Assembly (NCBI GenBank): GCA_965206645.1
Contig: CBDBKE010000004.1
Span: forward strand, 1,888,001-1,952,000
From: Terriglobia bacterium
GTDB lineage: Bacteria > Acidobacteriota > Terriglobia > JAJPHL01 > JAPKYU01
DNA: 64,000 bases
Direction of reading: 5' to 3'
The number at the start of each line of letters is the position of its first letter. Within the stretch, counting starts at the first letter, position 1. Position numbers and translations under genes: made by a program. Shown piece after piece: positions 1-11,768 of the stretch. Under the pieces are notes generated by a model that saw nothing but the letters and a program-made list of their open reading frames with translations, had not been told where the DNA came from and made no database searches.

Positions 1-675
1 CGGCTGCAGCGAAATCAGCCGGATCTTGGGGTTCAATTCCCGCAGGCGCCGGCCAGTGCCGATGAAGGTTCCTGTAGTGCCCAGACCCGCGACGAAATGC
101 GTGATGCGGCCCTCGGTCTGGGCCCAGATTTCGTTGGCCGTGGTCTGGTAGTGGGCGCGCCAGTTGGCCGGGTTGCTGTACTGGTCGGGGTAGAAGTAGC
201 GCTCCGGGTCGGCGGCATACAATTCCCGCACCTTGCGGATGGCGCCATCGGAACCCTCGGCCGCGTCTGTTAGTACCAGCTCCGCCCCGAAGGCCTGGAG
301 CATACGCTTGCGTTCGATGCTGGCGCTGGCCGGCAGGCACAGCTTGGTCCGGTAGCCGCGGGCGGCTGCGATCATGGCGTAGGCAATGCCAGTGTTGCCG
401 CTGGTGGCGTCCAGAATCACCTTGTCTTGGGTCAGCTGGCCACAACGCTCCCCTTCCAGGATCATGCTCAGGGCGGCCCGGTCCTTGACCGATCCCCCTG
501 GGTTAAACCATTCCGCCTTGGCGTAAAATTCCACCGAGGAGAAGTCGCGCGTCGCCTTCTCCAGGCGCAGCATCGGCGTGTTGCCGATGCGTCCCAGCAA
601 GGAAGGCAGCCCGACTGGCTCTTGGCGAGCCTGGGAGCTAGAATGGTTCAGGGTCATGCGCGCTCGTGCTGACAT
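1..675 (-). CDS. Cysteine synthase (PLP-dependent, CysK/CysM family), 3' end beyond window
   Basis: Manual translation gives IGNTPMLRL...YAKAEWFNPGGSVKDR...LDATSGNTGIAYA...DQYSNPAN, the canonical cysteine synthase motifs. Start at 675 or 657. Confidence 0.9.
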   Translation of the reverse strand, partial: MSARARMTLNHSSSQARQEPVGLPSLLGRIGNTPMLRLEKATRDFSSVEFYAKAEWFNPGGSVKDRAALSMILEGERCGQLTQDKVILDATSGNTGIAYAMIAAARGYRTKLCLPASASIERKRMLQAFGAELVLTDAAEGSDGAIRKVRELYAADPERYFYPDQYSNPANWRAHYQTTANEIWAQTEGRITHFVAGLGTTGTFIGTGRRLRELNPKIRLISLQP

Positions 676-788
676 CTGTCCAGGAACAGGATTTTGTTCT
701 TTAGGGTGATCCGTGCCCAGGCAAATTCACCCTGGTGTTATTATATCCTACTCGCGAATCGAGCTAATCTCTGCCGGAGGTCGAAGCT

Positions 789-1214
789 ATGCTGCCCAGC
801 CTGCCGCCCCAACTGAGTTTCGACCAGCTTCAGGATCGTCTCCGCGCTGCTGGCTTTGAGGTCAGCGCGCAGCAGACCCACCTCGCACGCGTCCAGAAAG
901 GGCGGTGCGCCGCAGTCCTGGAGCGCACGCCCGACGGCCAGGTTCGCTTTGCCGAACCCGCCGGGTACCTCGTTGGGCAGTTTATCGCTCGCCTTGAGGA
1001 CCGCGGCTTTCAGAAGTACCTTTGGACGCCTGAGCGGAGCCTGCCCGCGCTGGCCGAGCACCTGGAGCAAATCCAGAGTTTCGATGAGCAGTTGAAGCAA
1101 GCTCTGGAACTGCCCAGCTTGTACAACGAATCGTTGGGGACGGTGTCGGACCGCTACCTCTACGACCGCGTCCGGGGACGGGAGATCCCGGGAGAGCTCA
1201 AGCGCTACCGGTAG
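789..1214 (+). CDS. Hypothetical protein (141 aa)
   Basis: ORF with GC3-biased codon usage and protein-like composition; no recognisable motif. Confidence 0.65.
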   Translation: MLPSLPPQLSFDQLQDRLRAAGFEVSAQQTHLARVQKGRCAAVLERTPDGQVRFAEPAGYLVGQFIARLEDRGFQKYLWTPERSLPALAEHLEQIQSFDEQLKQALELPSLYNESLGTVSDRYLYDRVRGREIPGELKRYR

Positions 1215-1403
1215 GTTTTGCCGCGCAGCATTGCCACAGGTTCTGCGATTCCTCCCTAGCCCCCCGTCCTCCGGCAGCAACGCTTTTTGTAGGATTTCTC
1301 TGTGGGCACCAAGATGCGGTTGTCAAGGACCAACTCATTGGTCCTAAAGGGATTGCTTGCGCTCGGCCCGTAATAAGAAGGGACCCCTTTTCTTGAGGTA
1401 CTT

Positions 1404-3335
1404 CTAGGCGGTCGCGGGCCGCTCGCCCCCGGCCAGCGGCCGAGGGCTCGGCGCGGGCTCCGGTTTTATCACCTGCTGTTTGCCAGGCTCTTCGGTGGGC
1501 GTGGGGGTGGGCGGCGGCGGCTCCGGCAGGGGCTTACCTTCGATCAGTAGGTTAATCTCGCGCCCGTCCAGCACTTCCCGTTCCAGCAGGGCGTCGGCGA
1601 TGCGCACCAGAGAATCGCGATTCTCGGTCAGGATCGCCGTGGCGCGCTCATAGCCTTTCTGGGCGATCGTGCGGACCTCCTCATCAATCCGGATCGCGGT
1701 CTGCTCGGAAAAATCCCGGTGCTGGGTGATCTCGCGGCCGAGGAAAATCTGCTCCTCTTTCTTGCCAAAGGTGATCGGCCCCAGGTCGCTCATGCCCCAC
1801 TCGCACACCATCTTGCGGGCCAGCTCGGTGGCGCGCTCGATGTCATCGCCAGCGCCGGTGGTTATGTGGTTCATGAACAGCTCCTCGGAGACGCGGCCCC
1901 CCATCATGATGGCGATGCGGGCGTCCAGGAACTCCTTGGTCAGGGTGTACTTGTCATCTTCCGGCAGTTGCATGGTGACGCCCAGGGCGACTCCGCGCGG
2001 AATGATGGTGACCTTGTGCAGCGGGTCGGCACCGGGAATCGAGGCGGCCACCAGGGCATGGCCGGCTTCGTGGTAGGCGGTGTTGCGCTTCTCCGCGTCG
2101 CTAAGGATCAGTGACTTGCGGGCCGCGCCCATGATCACTTTGTCTTTGGCCAGCTCGAAGTCGCTCATGGTAACCGTCTTACGGTTGTAGCGCGCAGCGT
2201 TCAGAGCCGCCTCATTGACCAGGTTGGCCAGGTCGGCCCCGGAAAAGCCGGGCGTGCCCCGAGCCAGCACCGCCAGCTTCACGTCCTCGTCCAGGGGAAT
2301 CTTTCGCGTGTGCACCTGCAGGATGGCTTCGCGCCCCCTGGCGTCCGGCCAGGGCACCACCACGCGCCGGTCGAAGCGGCCCGGCCGCAGAAGGGCCGGG
2401 TCCAGCACGTCCGGCCGGTTGGTGGCGGCTATCAGGATGACGCCTTCGTTGGACTCAAAGCCGTCCATCTCCACCAGCAACTGGTTCAGGGTCTGCTCGC
2501 GCTCGTCGTGCCCGCCGCCCAGACCGGCGCCGCGGTGACGGCCAACCGCGTCAATTTCGTCGATGAAAACGATGCAGGGGGCATTCTTCTTGCCCTGCTC
2601 GAACAGGTCGCGCACCCGGCTGGCGCCCACGCCCACAAACATCTCCACGAAGTCCGAGCCGGAGATGGAGAAGAAGGGGACGCTGGCCTCGCCGGCCACG
2701 GCCCGCGCCAACAGGGTCTTGCCCGTGCCAGGCGGTCCCACCAGCAGAACGCCTTTTGGAATACGTCCGCCCAATTTCTGGAACTTCTGAGGCTCCCGGA
2801 GAAACTCGATGATCTCCTGCAGTTCTTCCTTGGACTCCTCCACGCCAGCCACGTCGTTGAAGGTGACCTTCTTCTGCTGACTGGAGAGCAGGCGAGCTCG
2901 GCTCTTGCCGAAGCTGAGCGCTTTGTTGCCCCCGCTCTGCATCTGACGCATCATGAAAATCCAGAAGCCGATCAGCAGCAGGAAAGGTGAGGCCTGCAGT
3001 AGCAGCGTAAGCCACGAACTGCTGGAAGCCTCCTTGACCTGGATCACCACGTCTTTCTCCCGAAGCTGCTTGATCATGTCCGGGTAATTGGGGGGCGCGA
3101 TCGTCTTAAATGCCTGGCTTTGGGTCTTAAGCTTGCCCCGGATCTCAGGAGGCGAATTGTTGGTGCCGATGATGGTGACCTCGGCGACATTGCCCGCCTC
3201 GACTTCGCGGAGGAAGCGGGTAAAGTTCAGCTCTTCCTCTTTATTGGGCGTTCCGGTCTTCACCACCTGCCACAAGAGCACGGCGGTAGCCAGCATGACG
3301 ACCCAGAAGACGACGGTTTTTGCCGTTGCGTTCAA
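1404..3335 (-). CDS. ftsH: ATP-dependent zinc metalloprotease FtsH
   Basis: Two N-terminal TM segments, Walker A GPPGTGKT, Walker [36 protein letters not shown] zinc motif. Confidence 0.98.
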   Translation of the reverse strand: MNATAKTVVFWVVMLATAVLLWQVVKTGTPNKEEELNFTRFLREVEAGNVAEVTIIGTNNSPPEIRGKLKTQSQAFKTIAPPNYPDMIKQLREKDVVIQVKEASSSSWLTLLLQASPFLLLIGFWIFMMRQMQSGGNKALSFGKSRARLLSSQQKKVTFNDVAGVEESKEELQEIIEFLREPQKFQKLGGRIPKGVLLVGPPGTGKTLLARAVAGEASVPFFSISGSDFVEMFVGVGASRVRDLFEQGKKNAPCIVFIDEIDAVGRHRGAGLGGGHDEREQTLNQLLVEMDGFESNEGVILIAATNRPDVLDPALLRPGRFDRRVVVPWPDARGREAILQVHTRKIPLDEDVKLAVLARGTPGFSGADLANLVNEAALNAARYNRKTVTMSDFELAKDKVIMGAARKSLILSDAEKRNTAYHEAGHALVAASIPGADPLHKVTIIPRGVALGVTMQLPEDDKYTLTKEFLDARIAIMMGGRVSEELFMNHITTGAGDDIERATELARKMVCEWGMSDLGPITFGKKEEQIFLGREITQHRDFSEQTAIRIDEEVRTIAQKGYERATAILTENRDSLVRIADALLEREVLDGREINLLIEGKPLPEPPPPTPTPTEEPGKQQVIKPEPAPSPRPLAGGERPATA

Positions 3336-3392
3336 GTCCTGTCCCTCAATCCCCCCATGCGTCCCGGCGTCGGGTCCAGCTGCGTACTAGGA

Positions 3393-3989
3393 TCACTCCT
3401 TCTTCTTCCCAGCCGCGGCGACTGCTTTCTTCCCCGCCGAGGAAACCGCAGACGATTCCTTGGCCTCGTCCCCGGTCAGCGTCCCGACATAGGGCAGGTT
3501 GCGGTACTGCTCCCGGTAGCCCATCCCGTACCCGACCAGGAAGCGGCCCTGCATCTGGAACCCGGAAAAATCGGGGTCCAGGGCCACGCGCCGCTCGTCG
3601 ATCTTGTCCACCAGCACGGCCGCCTTCACCGAGGCGGCGCCCTTGGCCAGGAACTGCTGGACCAAATGATCCAGGGTGATGCCGGTGTGCAGCACGGAAT
3701 CCGCCAGAAGCAGGTCCTGGCCTTGTACTTCCAGCTTGGGCGTGTGCACGACCACGCGGCGCTCGTGCCCGTGTTCCATCACGTCGCTCATTTCCACTTT
3801 AACGAACTGGCAAACCACCGGGCAGGTGAGCCGCCGCACCAGGTCTGCCATGAACAGGAAGCCATTCTCCAGAAGCGCGACCACGTGGACCGTGCGCTGG
3901 CCGTACGCCTGCGAGATGGCCGCTGCCATCTCGCTCACCTTCTGTTGGATTTGCTCCTCACTCAGGAGGACTTCCAGCTTCTTCATCAC
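3393..3989 (-). CDS. hpt: Hypoxanthine phosphoribosyltransferase-like protein (atypical PRPP loop)
   Basis: FMADLVR, FLVGYGMGYREQYRNLPYVG motifs; lies in the tilS-hpt-ftsH gene order. Confidence 0.85.
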   Translation of the reverse strand: MMKKLEVLLSEEQIQQKVSEMAAAISQAYGQRTVHVVALLENGFLFMADLVRRLTCPVVCQFVKVEMSDVMEHGHERRVVVHTPKLEVQGQDLLLADSVLHTGITLDHLVQQFLAKGAASVKAAVLVDKIDERRVALDPDFSGFQMQGRFLVGYGMGYREQYRNLPYVGTLTGDEAKESSAVSSAGKKAVAAAGKKKE

Positions 3990-5418
3990 TCAAGTCCTCT
4001 TCTCGAATCAGGATACCAACCTGCCTTGCCGACCCCATCCGAAATGGGCGCGCTACAGGGAATCCCCGCACCCAGACGATCTGGTTCCCGCTGAGCACCA
4101 CGGGCCAGAGTTTGCGCTCCTCAGCGGGAATCCGGCGTTCGAGCAACAGCGTCTTAATCTTTTTCCTTCCCTGGCCCGAAGGGGACTCAAAGGCATCCCC
4201 TGGACGCCAGTTGCGCACCGTCAGCGGATTCTGGACCGACTCCAGATCCGCCAAAGATTCCTCCCATCCATTATAACCCTGTTCTGCGTGGCCCCGGCTC
4301 ACCAAATTAAACAGCAGGCGCTTTCCCACGGCGGGAATGACACAGGTCCCAGGCACCTGCACTTGATATTCATAAGGGGCTGGAGCTGGGCGAGCCGACG
4401 GGCGGAACTCCAAACAGTCAAACACCCGCACTACTTGGCGCGCCGGCAACTGCAGCCGCTGTCCGCTCTGACCGGCCAGCGCCAGCCTCCGTAGGGCCTC
4501 GATGTGGGCCAGCTCCAGGCGCTGTAGCGAACCCGTCCGCGCCAGCGCTGCCCATAGCAGGCGGCGCTGCTGGGCCCTACTTAGTTGGACGAATTGGGCC
4601 AAGGAGAGTTTCGAAATTACGCTTCCCTGCTCCTGATGCAAGGTGGCGAACTGGGGCAGCAGCTCCGCCGTGTGCTGGTTCCAGTAGGCTTCTTCGTCCT
4701 GGGCAATTTCTGCGGTGGCAGCCAGGTGCTCCACGAGTCTGGGGTTGTAAGTTTCCAGCAACGGAACCACCTCAGTGCGCAGACGGTTTCGGGTCAGCCG
4801 CAGGTCCCGGTTGGAGGAATCCTCGCGCCAGGCAATTCCCCGCGCAGCCAGCCAGGCGCGCACTGCTGCCCTTCGCTGTTCCAGCAGCGGGCGCAGCAGC
4901 CAGCTGTCTACCGCCGGCCGCCCCTCTACCACAGGCCGCCTCTCTACCATAGGATAGATGCCAGCCAGGCCGCGCGTGCCGGAGCCTCTCAGCAAACGCG
5001 CCAGCACGGTTTCGGCCTGGTCATCCGCGCTGTGCCCGGTGGCCACTTTTTTTACCTCGCCGCGTTCCACCAGGCTGCGGAGAAACCGGTAGCGGAGTTC
5101 GCGGCTCACGCTTTCCAGGTTGCGGCGACGGCTGTGCGCTTCAGCGGCCACATCGGCGGCGGCGCCAAAGAAAGGCAGGCCGCGACGGGCAGCGAGTTCT
5201 TCCACAAAGCGGGCATCGGCGTCAGATTCCGCACCGCGGAGGCGATGGTTGAAATGTGCCACCGCCAGTTCCACCGCCAGCCGGTCGCGCAGCTCCATCA
5301 GCACCTGTAGCAGGGCCACTGAGTCAGCGCCCCCGCTAACGGCTGCCGCCACTCGATCCCCCGGCTCCAGCATTCGGTGCCGTTTCACAAACTGATAAAT
5401 CCGCTCTGTCATGTCCAA
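3958..5418 (-). CDS. tilS: tRNA(Ile)-lysidine synthase
   Basis: PP-loop AVSGGADS, HFNHRLRG, TGHSADDQAET, RPLL, EDSSN..RNRLR, C-terminal RNWRPGD domain. Confidence 0.96.
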   Translation of the reverse strand: MDMTERIYQFVKRHRMLEPGDRVAAAVSGGADSVALLQVLMELRDRLAVELAVAHFNHRLRGAESDADARFVEELAARRGLPFFGAAADVAAEAHSRRRNLESVSRELRYRFLRSLVERGEVKKVATGHSADDQAETVLARLLRGSGTRGLAGIYPMVERRPVVEGRPAVDSWLLRPLLEQRRAAVRAWLAARGIAWREDSSNRDLRLTRNRLRTEVVPLLETYNPRLVEHLAATAEIAQDEEAYWNQHTAELLPQFATLHQEQGSVISKLSLAQFVQLSRAQQRRLLWAALARTGSLQRLELAHIEALRRLALAGQSGQRLQLPARQVVRVFDCLEFRPSARPAPAPYEYQVQVPGTCVIPAVGKRLLFNLVSRGHAEQGYNGWEESLADLESVQNPLTVRNWRPGDAFESPSGQGRKKIKTLLLERRIPAEERKLWPVVLSGNQIVWVRGFPVARPFRMGSARQVGILIREEDLSDEEAGSPPE

Positions 5419-5581
5419 ATGTCAGCCAGGTCTCAATCGTCGGGGGCACATTCCGTCCCCCCGACAGCTATCCCCTGAAACCTGACACTGCCTTGATTAT
5501 CGCACCGTCCGGAAACATGTGCTGCCTGTACCTGGCACCTGTTAGAATGGCGGGTGGAACGCCCTCCAGGAGAATTTCCTG

Positions 5582-7192
5582 ATGCCAGTGGAAGCAATGA
5601 AGGAAACAGTAGCGCCGACCCTTTCCGCGTTTGACAACGAAAAGTTCACCGATTTTTCTGACCCGGAGGAGCACCGCAAGATGGAGGCGGCGCTGGCTCA
5701 GGCGCGGGGTGAACTGGGTCGGCTGTACCCGTTGGTACTTGGAGGCCGGCGGCTCAAGCCCAAAGCCAGATGGGAATCCCGCAATCCCTCCCGGCCAGAG
5801 GAGGTCGTAGGCGTTTTCCCGAAGGCCGGCCGCAGGCACGCCCGGCAGGCCATCGAGGCTGCCGAGGGTGCCTTGGAAAGCTGGAAGCAGGTGCCGGCTG
5901 AGCAGCGCGCCGAATGGCTGCTCCGCGTGGCTGCCATCATGCACCGCCGCAAGTTTGAGTTGTCGGCCTGGATGGTGTTTGAGGTCGGCAAGACCTGGGC
6001 GGAAGCCGACGCCGACACGGCCGAAGCGATTGACTTCTGCAACTTCTACGCGCGCGAGGCACTGCGCCTGCTGTTGCCCGATCCCGGCCGGGTGACTCCC
6101 ATCCCCGGCGAACGCAATGAGCTGCGTTACATCCCCCTGGGAGTGGGCGTCGTCATCCCACCCTGGAATTTCCCACTGGCCATCGCCGCCGGCATGACTA
6201 CCGCCGCGATCGTCACCGGCAACACAGTGGTACTGAAACCGTCGAGCGATTCGCCGACCATCGCCTATAAGCTCTATGAGGTCCTCACCGAAGCCGGTTT
6301 GCCAGAGGGCGTGCTGAACTTCCTGCCGGGCAGCGGCAGCCTCATTGGTGACACGCTGGTTGACCACCCGCGCACTCGCTTCGTGACTTTTACCGGCTCC
6401 AAGCCGGTGGGCTTGCGCATCAATCAGCGCGCAGCCCGGCATCAGCCAGGCCAGCTCTGGATCAAGCGCGTCGTCGCTGAGATGGGCGGCAAAGACGCCA
6501 TCATTGTGGACAGCGAGACTGACGTGGAGAAGGCCGCCGCGGCCGTCACGGCCTCCGCCTTCGGCTACCAGGGGCAGAAGTGCTCGGCCTGCTCCCGCGC
6601 CATCGTGGTGGATTCGCTCTACGACGCCTTCCTGGAGAAGCTGAAAACGCGAGTGGAGAAAATCCCCGTCGGCGCCAGCGACGATCCGGGAAGCTTCATG
6701 GGCCCGGTGATCAACGCCGCGGCCATGAAGTCCATCCTTGCTTACATTGAGACGGGCAAGCAGGAAGGGCGGCTGGTCACCGGCGGAGGCGCCGCTAAGA
6801 CCGGCGACGGCGCCGACGATGGTGGGGGTTACTTCATCCAGCCTACCGTCATCGCCGACGTGGATCCCAAGTCGCACGTCGCCCAAGAGGAAATCTTCGG
6901 ACCGGTGCTGGCGGTGATCCGCGCCCGTGACTTCGAAGACGCTCTGCGCATCGCCAACGACACCGAATACGGCCTGACCGGCGCCGTCTTCTCCGACAAC
7001 CCCGAGAAGCTGGAAAAGGCCGGCGACCTGTTCCACGTGGGCAACCTCTACTTCAACCGCAAGTGTACCGGGGCGATGGTGGGGGCGCACCCCTTCGGCG
7101 GCTTCAACATGTCCGGCACCGATTCCAAGGCGGGCGGTCGCGACTACCTGCTGCTGTTTACTCAGGCCAAAGCCATCTCCCACAAGATCTAA
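5582..7192 (+). CDS. pruA: L-glutamate gamma-semialdehyde (P5C) dehydrogenase
   Basis: ALDH motifs PWNFPLAI, FTGS, EMGGKD, GQKCSACSR, EEIFGP, NLYFNRKCTGA..HPFGG..SGTDSKAGG. Confidence 0.93.
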   Translation: MPVEAMKETVAPTLSAFDNEKFTDFSDPEEHRKMEAALAQARGELGRLYPLVLGGRRLKPKARWESRNPSRPEEVVGVFPKAGRRHARQAIEAAEGALESWKQVPAEQRAEWLLRVAAIMHRRKFELSAWMVFEVGKTWAEADADTAEAIDFCNFYAREALRLLLPDPGRVTPIPGERNELRYIPLGVGVVIPPWNFPLAIAAGMTTAAIVTGNTVVLKPSSDSPTIAYKLYEVLTEAGLPEGVLNFLPGSGSLIGDTLVDHPRTRFVTFTGSKPVGLRINQRAARHQPGQLWIKRVVAEMGGKDAIIVDSETDVEKAAAAVTASAFGYQGQKCSACSRAIVVDSLYDAFLEKLKTRVEKIPVGASDDPGSFMGPVINAAAMKSILAYIETGKQEGRLVTGGGAAKTGDGADDGGGYFIQPTVIADVDPKSHVAQEEIFGPVLAVIRARDFEDALRIANDTEYGLTGAVFSDNPEKLEKAGDLFHVGNLYFNRKCTGAMVGAHPFGGFNMSGTDSKAGGRDYLLLFTQAKAISHKI

Positions 7193-7264
7193 AAGACAAC
7201 ACGAAGGCACAAAGTTCACAAAGCCGAACGCTTTGTGTCCTTCGTGTCTTTGCATTTGTCTTTT
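7191..7264. terminator. Long hairpin / REP-like inverted repeat between convergent genes
   Basis: ACACGAAGGCACAAAG (7199-7214) pairs with CTTTGTGTCCTTCGTGT (7231-7247); outer AAAAGACA...TGTCTTTT. Confidence 0.6.
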
Positions 7265-7277
7265 GAAATTAGCGGGG

Positions 7278-7976
7278 TTAATCGTAGCGACGGAGGATGG
7301 GCCGGCGATCGTCGGGATCGCGGGGCCGCCGCTCAGAGACGGGTGCTTCGGTCAGTCCTTCGGGGATCTCCAGCGGGCGGGCCAGACTCATGGTTAACTG
7401 AGTCCCAGCAGGAATAACGGTCGGCGCGCGGCTGCTTGCGATTTTGCGCCCGATCAGCACGGCTGCCACACCGACCGCGGCCCCAATGCCAGCACCCTTG
7501 GCGCTACGGGTCGTCATGGCGCCGATTCCCGCCCCGGTCATGCCTATCTCTGCCGCCTCGCGGGTCGTGTCCGCCTTGCTGCCCGACCGCTCTATCGTTC
7601 CCTCCTCCAATGCGGCACGCAGCTGCTTGCGGTCAATCTCCTCCACGGCGGCGTTGAAATCCAGGCGCCGGCCGTTGGGCAGAGTCAGGGTCTGCGGGCT
7701 GAGCTGGATGCGCTTCTTGCTGCCGCGCACCCGGCCTTCTACCTCGCATCCGGCGGGCAGCACTTCCTGCCCGTCGGCAAAAACCGGGTAGACCACCAGG
7801 GCCGAGAAGCGTTCCAGGCTTTTTCTGCTCGGAACCACCTGGTTTTCCAGACGGACAACAATCTCCGTGCCCGGCTGCAGGGTCACCGCCCAGGCAGGCA
7901 AGGCCCCCGAAGCGAAAACCGCCAGCGGCACGATCACGGCGAACAGTGGGAAGGAGGATCGGGAATTCATGCCCAT
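7278..7976 (-). CDS. Secreted hypothetical protein with TrbI/VirB10-like beta domain and glycine zipper
   Basis: Signal peptide, TLQPGTEIVVRL and VIPAGTQL motifs, GAGIGA repeats. Confidence 0.6.
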   Translation of the reverse strand: MGMNSRSSFPLFAVIVPLAVFASGALPAWAVTLQPGTEIVVRLENQVVPSRKSLERFSALVVYPVFADGQEVLPAGCEVEGRVRGSKKRIQLSPQTLTLPNGRRLDFNAAVEEIDRKQLRAALEEGTIERSGSKADTTREAAEIGMTGAGIGAMTTRSAKGAGIGAAVGVAAVLIGRKIASSRAPTVIPAGTQLTMSLARPLEIPEGLTEAPVSERRPRDPDDRRPILRRYD

Positions 7977-8013
7977 AAGACGGGTCTCGGCCGTCCAGGG
8001 TTACTGCTTGATT

Positions 8014-8045
8014 AGTCCAAAGTCCAGGGTCCAAAGGCCAAAGCC
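8014..8045 (+). repeat. Degenerate 7-bp tandem repeat (RGTCCAA)
   Basis: agtccaa agtccag ggtccaa aggccaa agcc. Confidence 0.6.
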
Positions 8046-8263
8046 TTGTTTCTCCCTGAGCTCACACTACCGAGTCTAGAAAGAGCCAAAAGGCACCACA
8101 GATGAGCAACCCGCCGGCGGCGCGAATTGGGCTGGCCTTCAGCTTCTGAAGCGCTAGGTTGGCCTCGGCAAGGGGGAATACATACGCCCAGGCCGCGTTC
8201 CGCCGCGAACCAGGATCCCACTCCAAGGGCTCGCAAAGAGTCCTGTGATATAGTCCCGAAGCC

Positions 8264-9427
8264 GTGTCCCGCAAGCCGGTTCTGCCGCTGCACGATTTGC
8301 GCGCGCAGTACGATTCCATTCGCACGGAAGTTGCACTGGCCCTGGCCGACGTTCTGGAGCGGCAGGAGTTCGTGCTGGGCCGCGAGGTGCGCCAGCTGGA
8401 GGAGGAGATGGCGCGCTTGGGCGACACGCGCCATGCAGTAGCCTGCGCCAACGGCTCCGACGCGCTGCTGCTGGCGCTGCTGGCGCTCGATGTTCGAGCG
8501 GGCGACGAAGTTGCGGTCCCATCGTTTACCTTTGTAGCCACCGCCGGCGCGGTAGCCCGATTGGGAGCGCGCCCGGTGTTCGTGGACATCGAGCCGCGCT
8601 CCTTCAACATATCTCCTGAGGCCCTGGAGCAAGCCGTGGTTCGTCATCCAGAGCTGCGCGCCGTTATCCCGGTAGACCTGTTCGGGCAGATTCCTGACAT
8701 GGAGGCGCTGCGGCAACGTCTGCCCGAGGGGGTACCCATAGTGGAAGACGCGGCGCAGGCTATTCTGGCCGTGCGCCATGGCCGCCGCGCCGGCGGCCTC
8801 GGGCGCATGGGCACCTTCAGCTTCTATCCTGCCAAGAATCTCGGGGGCTATGGTGACGGCGGAATGGTGGTGACCGACGACGACGCACTGGCGGCTCGGC
8901 TGCGCCGCCTGCGCGTGCACGGCTCAACCGACAGCTACTACCACGAGGAAGTGGGCCTCAACAGCCGCCTGGACACGTTGCAGGCAGCGGTGCTGCTGGT
9001 GAAACTGCGGCACCTGGAGGCCTGGACGGCTGCCCGTGAGCGCGCCGCCGAGCGGTACACGCGCCTGTTCGCGGAGCGCGGCCTGGCGCAGGCCGCAGCT
9101 CTTTACCCCTCGGAAGAACGCCCGGTGGTGGTGCCGGGGGTGGAGCCTGGCTCCGGCCGGCACGTCTTCCACCAGTACACGATTCGCGCGCTCGACCGCG
9201 ACCGGCTCCATCTGGCCCTGGAAGCTGAGGGCATCCGCACTGCTATCTACTACCCACTCCCGCTGCACCTGCAACGTTGCTTCGCGGTGCTGGGCGGTAA
9301 GGAGGGTGACTGCCCGGAAGCCGAGCGCGCCGCGCGCGAGGTCCTTTCCCTTCCGATCTTCCCGGAAATTACCGACGAGCAGCAACAGCGCGTGGTCACC
9401 GCCATTGCCGCCTTCTTCCGGCGCTGA
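8264..9427 (+). CDS. DegT/DnrJ/EryC1/StrS family aminotransferase
   Basis: ANGSDAL, EDAAQA, FSFYPAKNLGGYGDGG, NSRLDTLQAA, VLSLPIFP. Confidence 0.95.
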   Translation: MSRKPVLPLHDLRAQYDSIRTEVALALADVLERQEFVLGREVRQLEEEMARLGDTRHAVACANGSDALLLALLALDVRAGDEVAVPSFTFVATAGAVARLGARPVFVDIEPRSFNISPEALEQAVVRHPELRAVIPVDLFGQIPDMEALRQRLPEGVPIVEDAAQAILAVRHGRRAGGLGRMGTFSFYPAKNLGGYGDGGMVVTDDDALAARLRRLRVHGSTDSYYHEEVGLNSRLDTLQAAVLLVKLRHLEAWTAARERAAERYTRLFAERGLAQAAALYPSEERPVVVPGVEPGSGRHVFHQYTIRALDRDRLHLALEAEGIRTAIYYPLPLHLQRCFAVLGGKEGDCPEAERAAREVLSLPIFPEITDEQQQRVVTAIAAFFRR

Positions 9428-9481
9428 GGCGGGAGCAAAGTGGCTACCGTTCGCTGGGGGAATCGACCTGGGTGGGCAAAA

Positions 9482-9526
9482 GCAAACGGGGTAGCCAACC
9501 GCTTGCGAGTTGGCTACCCCGTTCGC
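9482..9526. terminator. Hairpin, probable bidirectional terminator
   Basis: GCAAACGGGGTAGCCAAC-loop-GTTGGCTACCCCGTTCGC between convergent genes. Confidence 0.65.
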
Positions 9527-9556
9527 AATGGCCGCTGGGGGGACTGACCCGGGAAA

Positions 9557-11629
<2,073 letters not shown>

Positions 11630-11768
11630 CTATTCGTCTCCTTACTCGGGTTCCTAGGAATATACGGCACCCCTCCCATAGCGGGGCACACGAACCGCTC
11701 CCTAACCTTAAGGGCGGTGTCATGATAGCTTAACTGTTTTCTATTAAAGGGCTACTTTTCATAGTCGT

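Noticed and set aside
1295-1345. TCTCTGTGGGCACCA resembling the tRNA-Leu 3' end, and palindrome AGGACCAA-CTCA-TTGGTCCT
   Set aside because: Match is short and imperfect and lies in core context; the palindrome is between convergent genes with no convincing promoter
5468-7255. Long antisense ORFs (595 aa here; also 17492-19456, 44256-45746, 53469-54653)
   Set aside because: Shadow frames of well-supported GC-rich genes on the opposite strand
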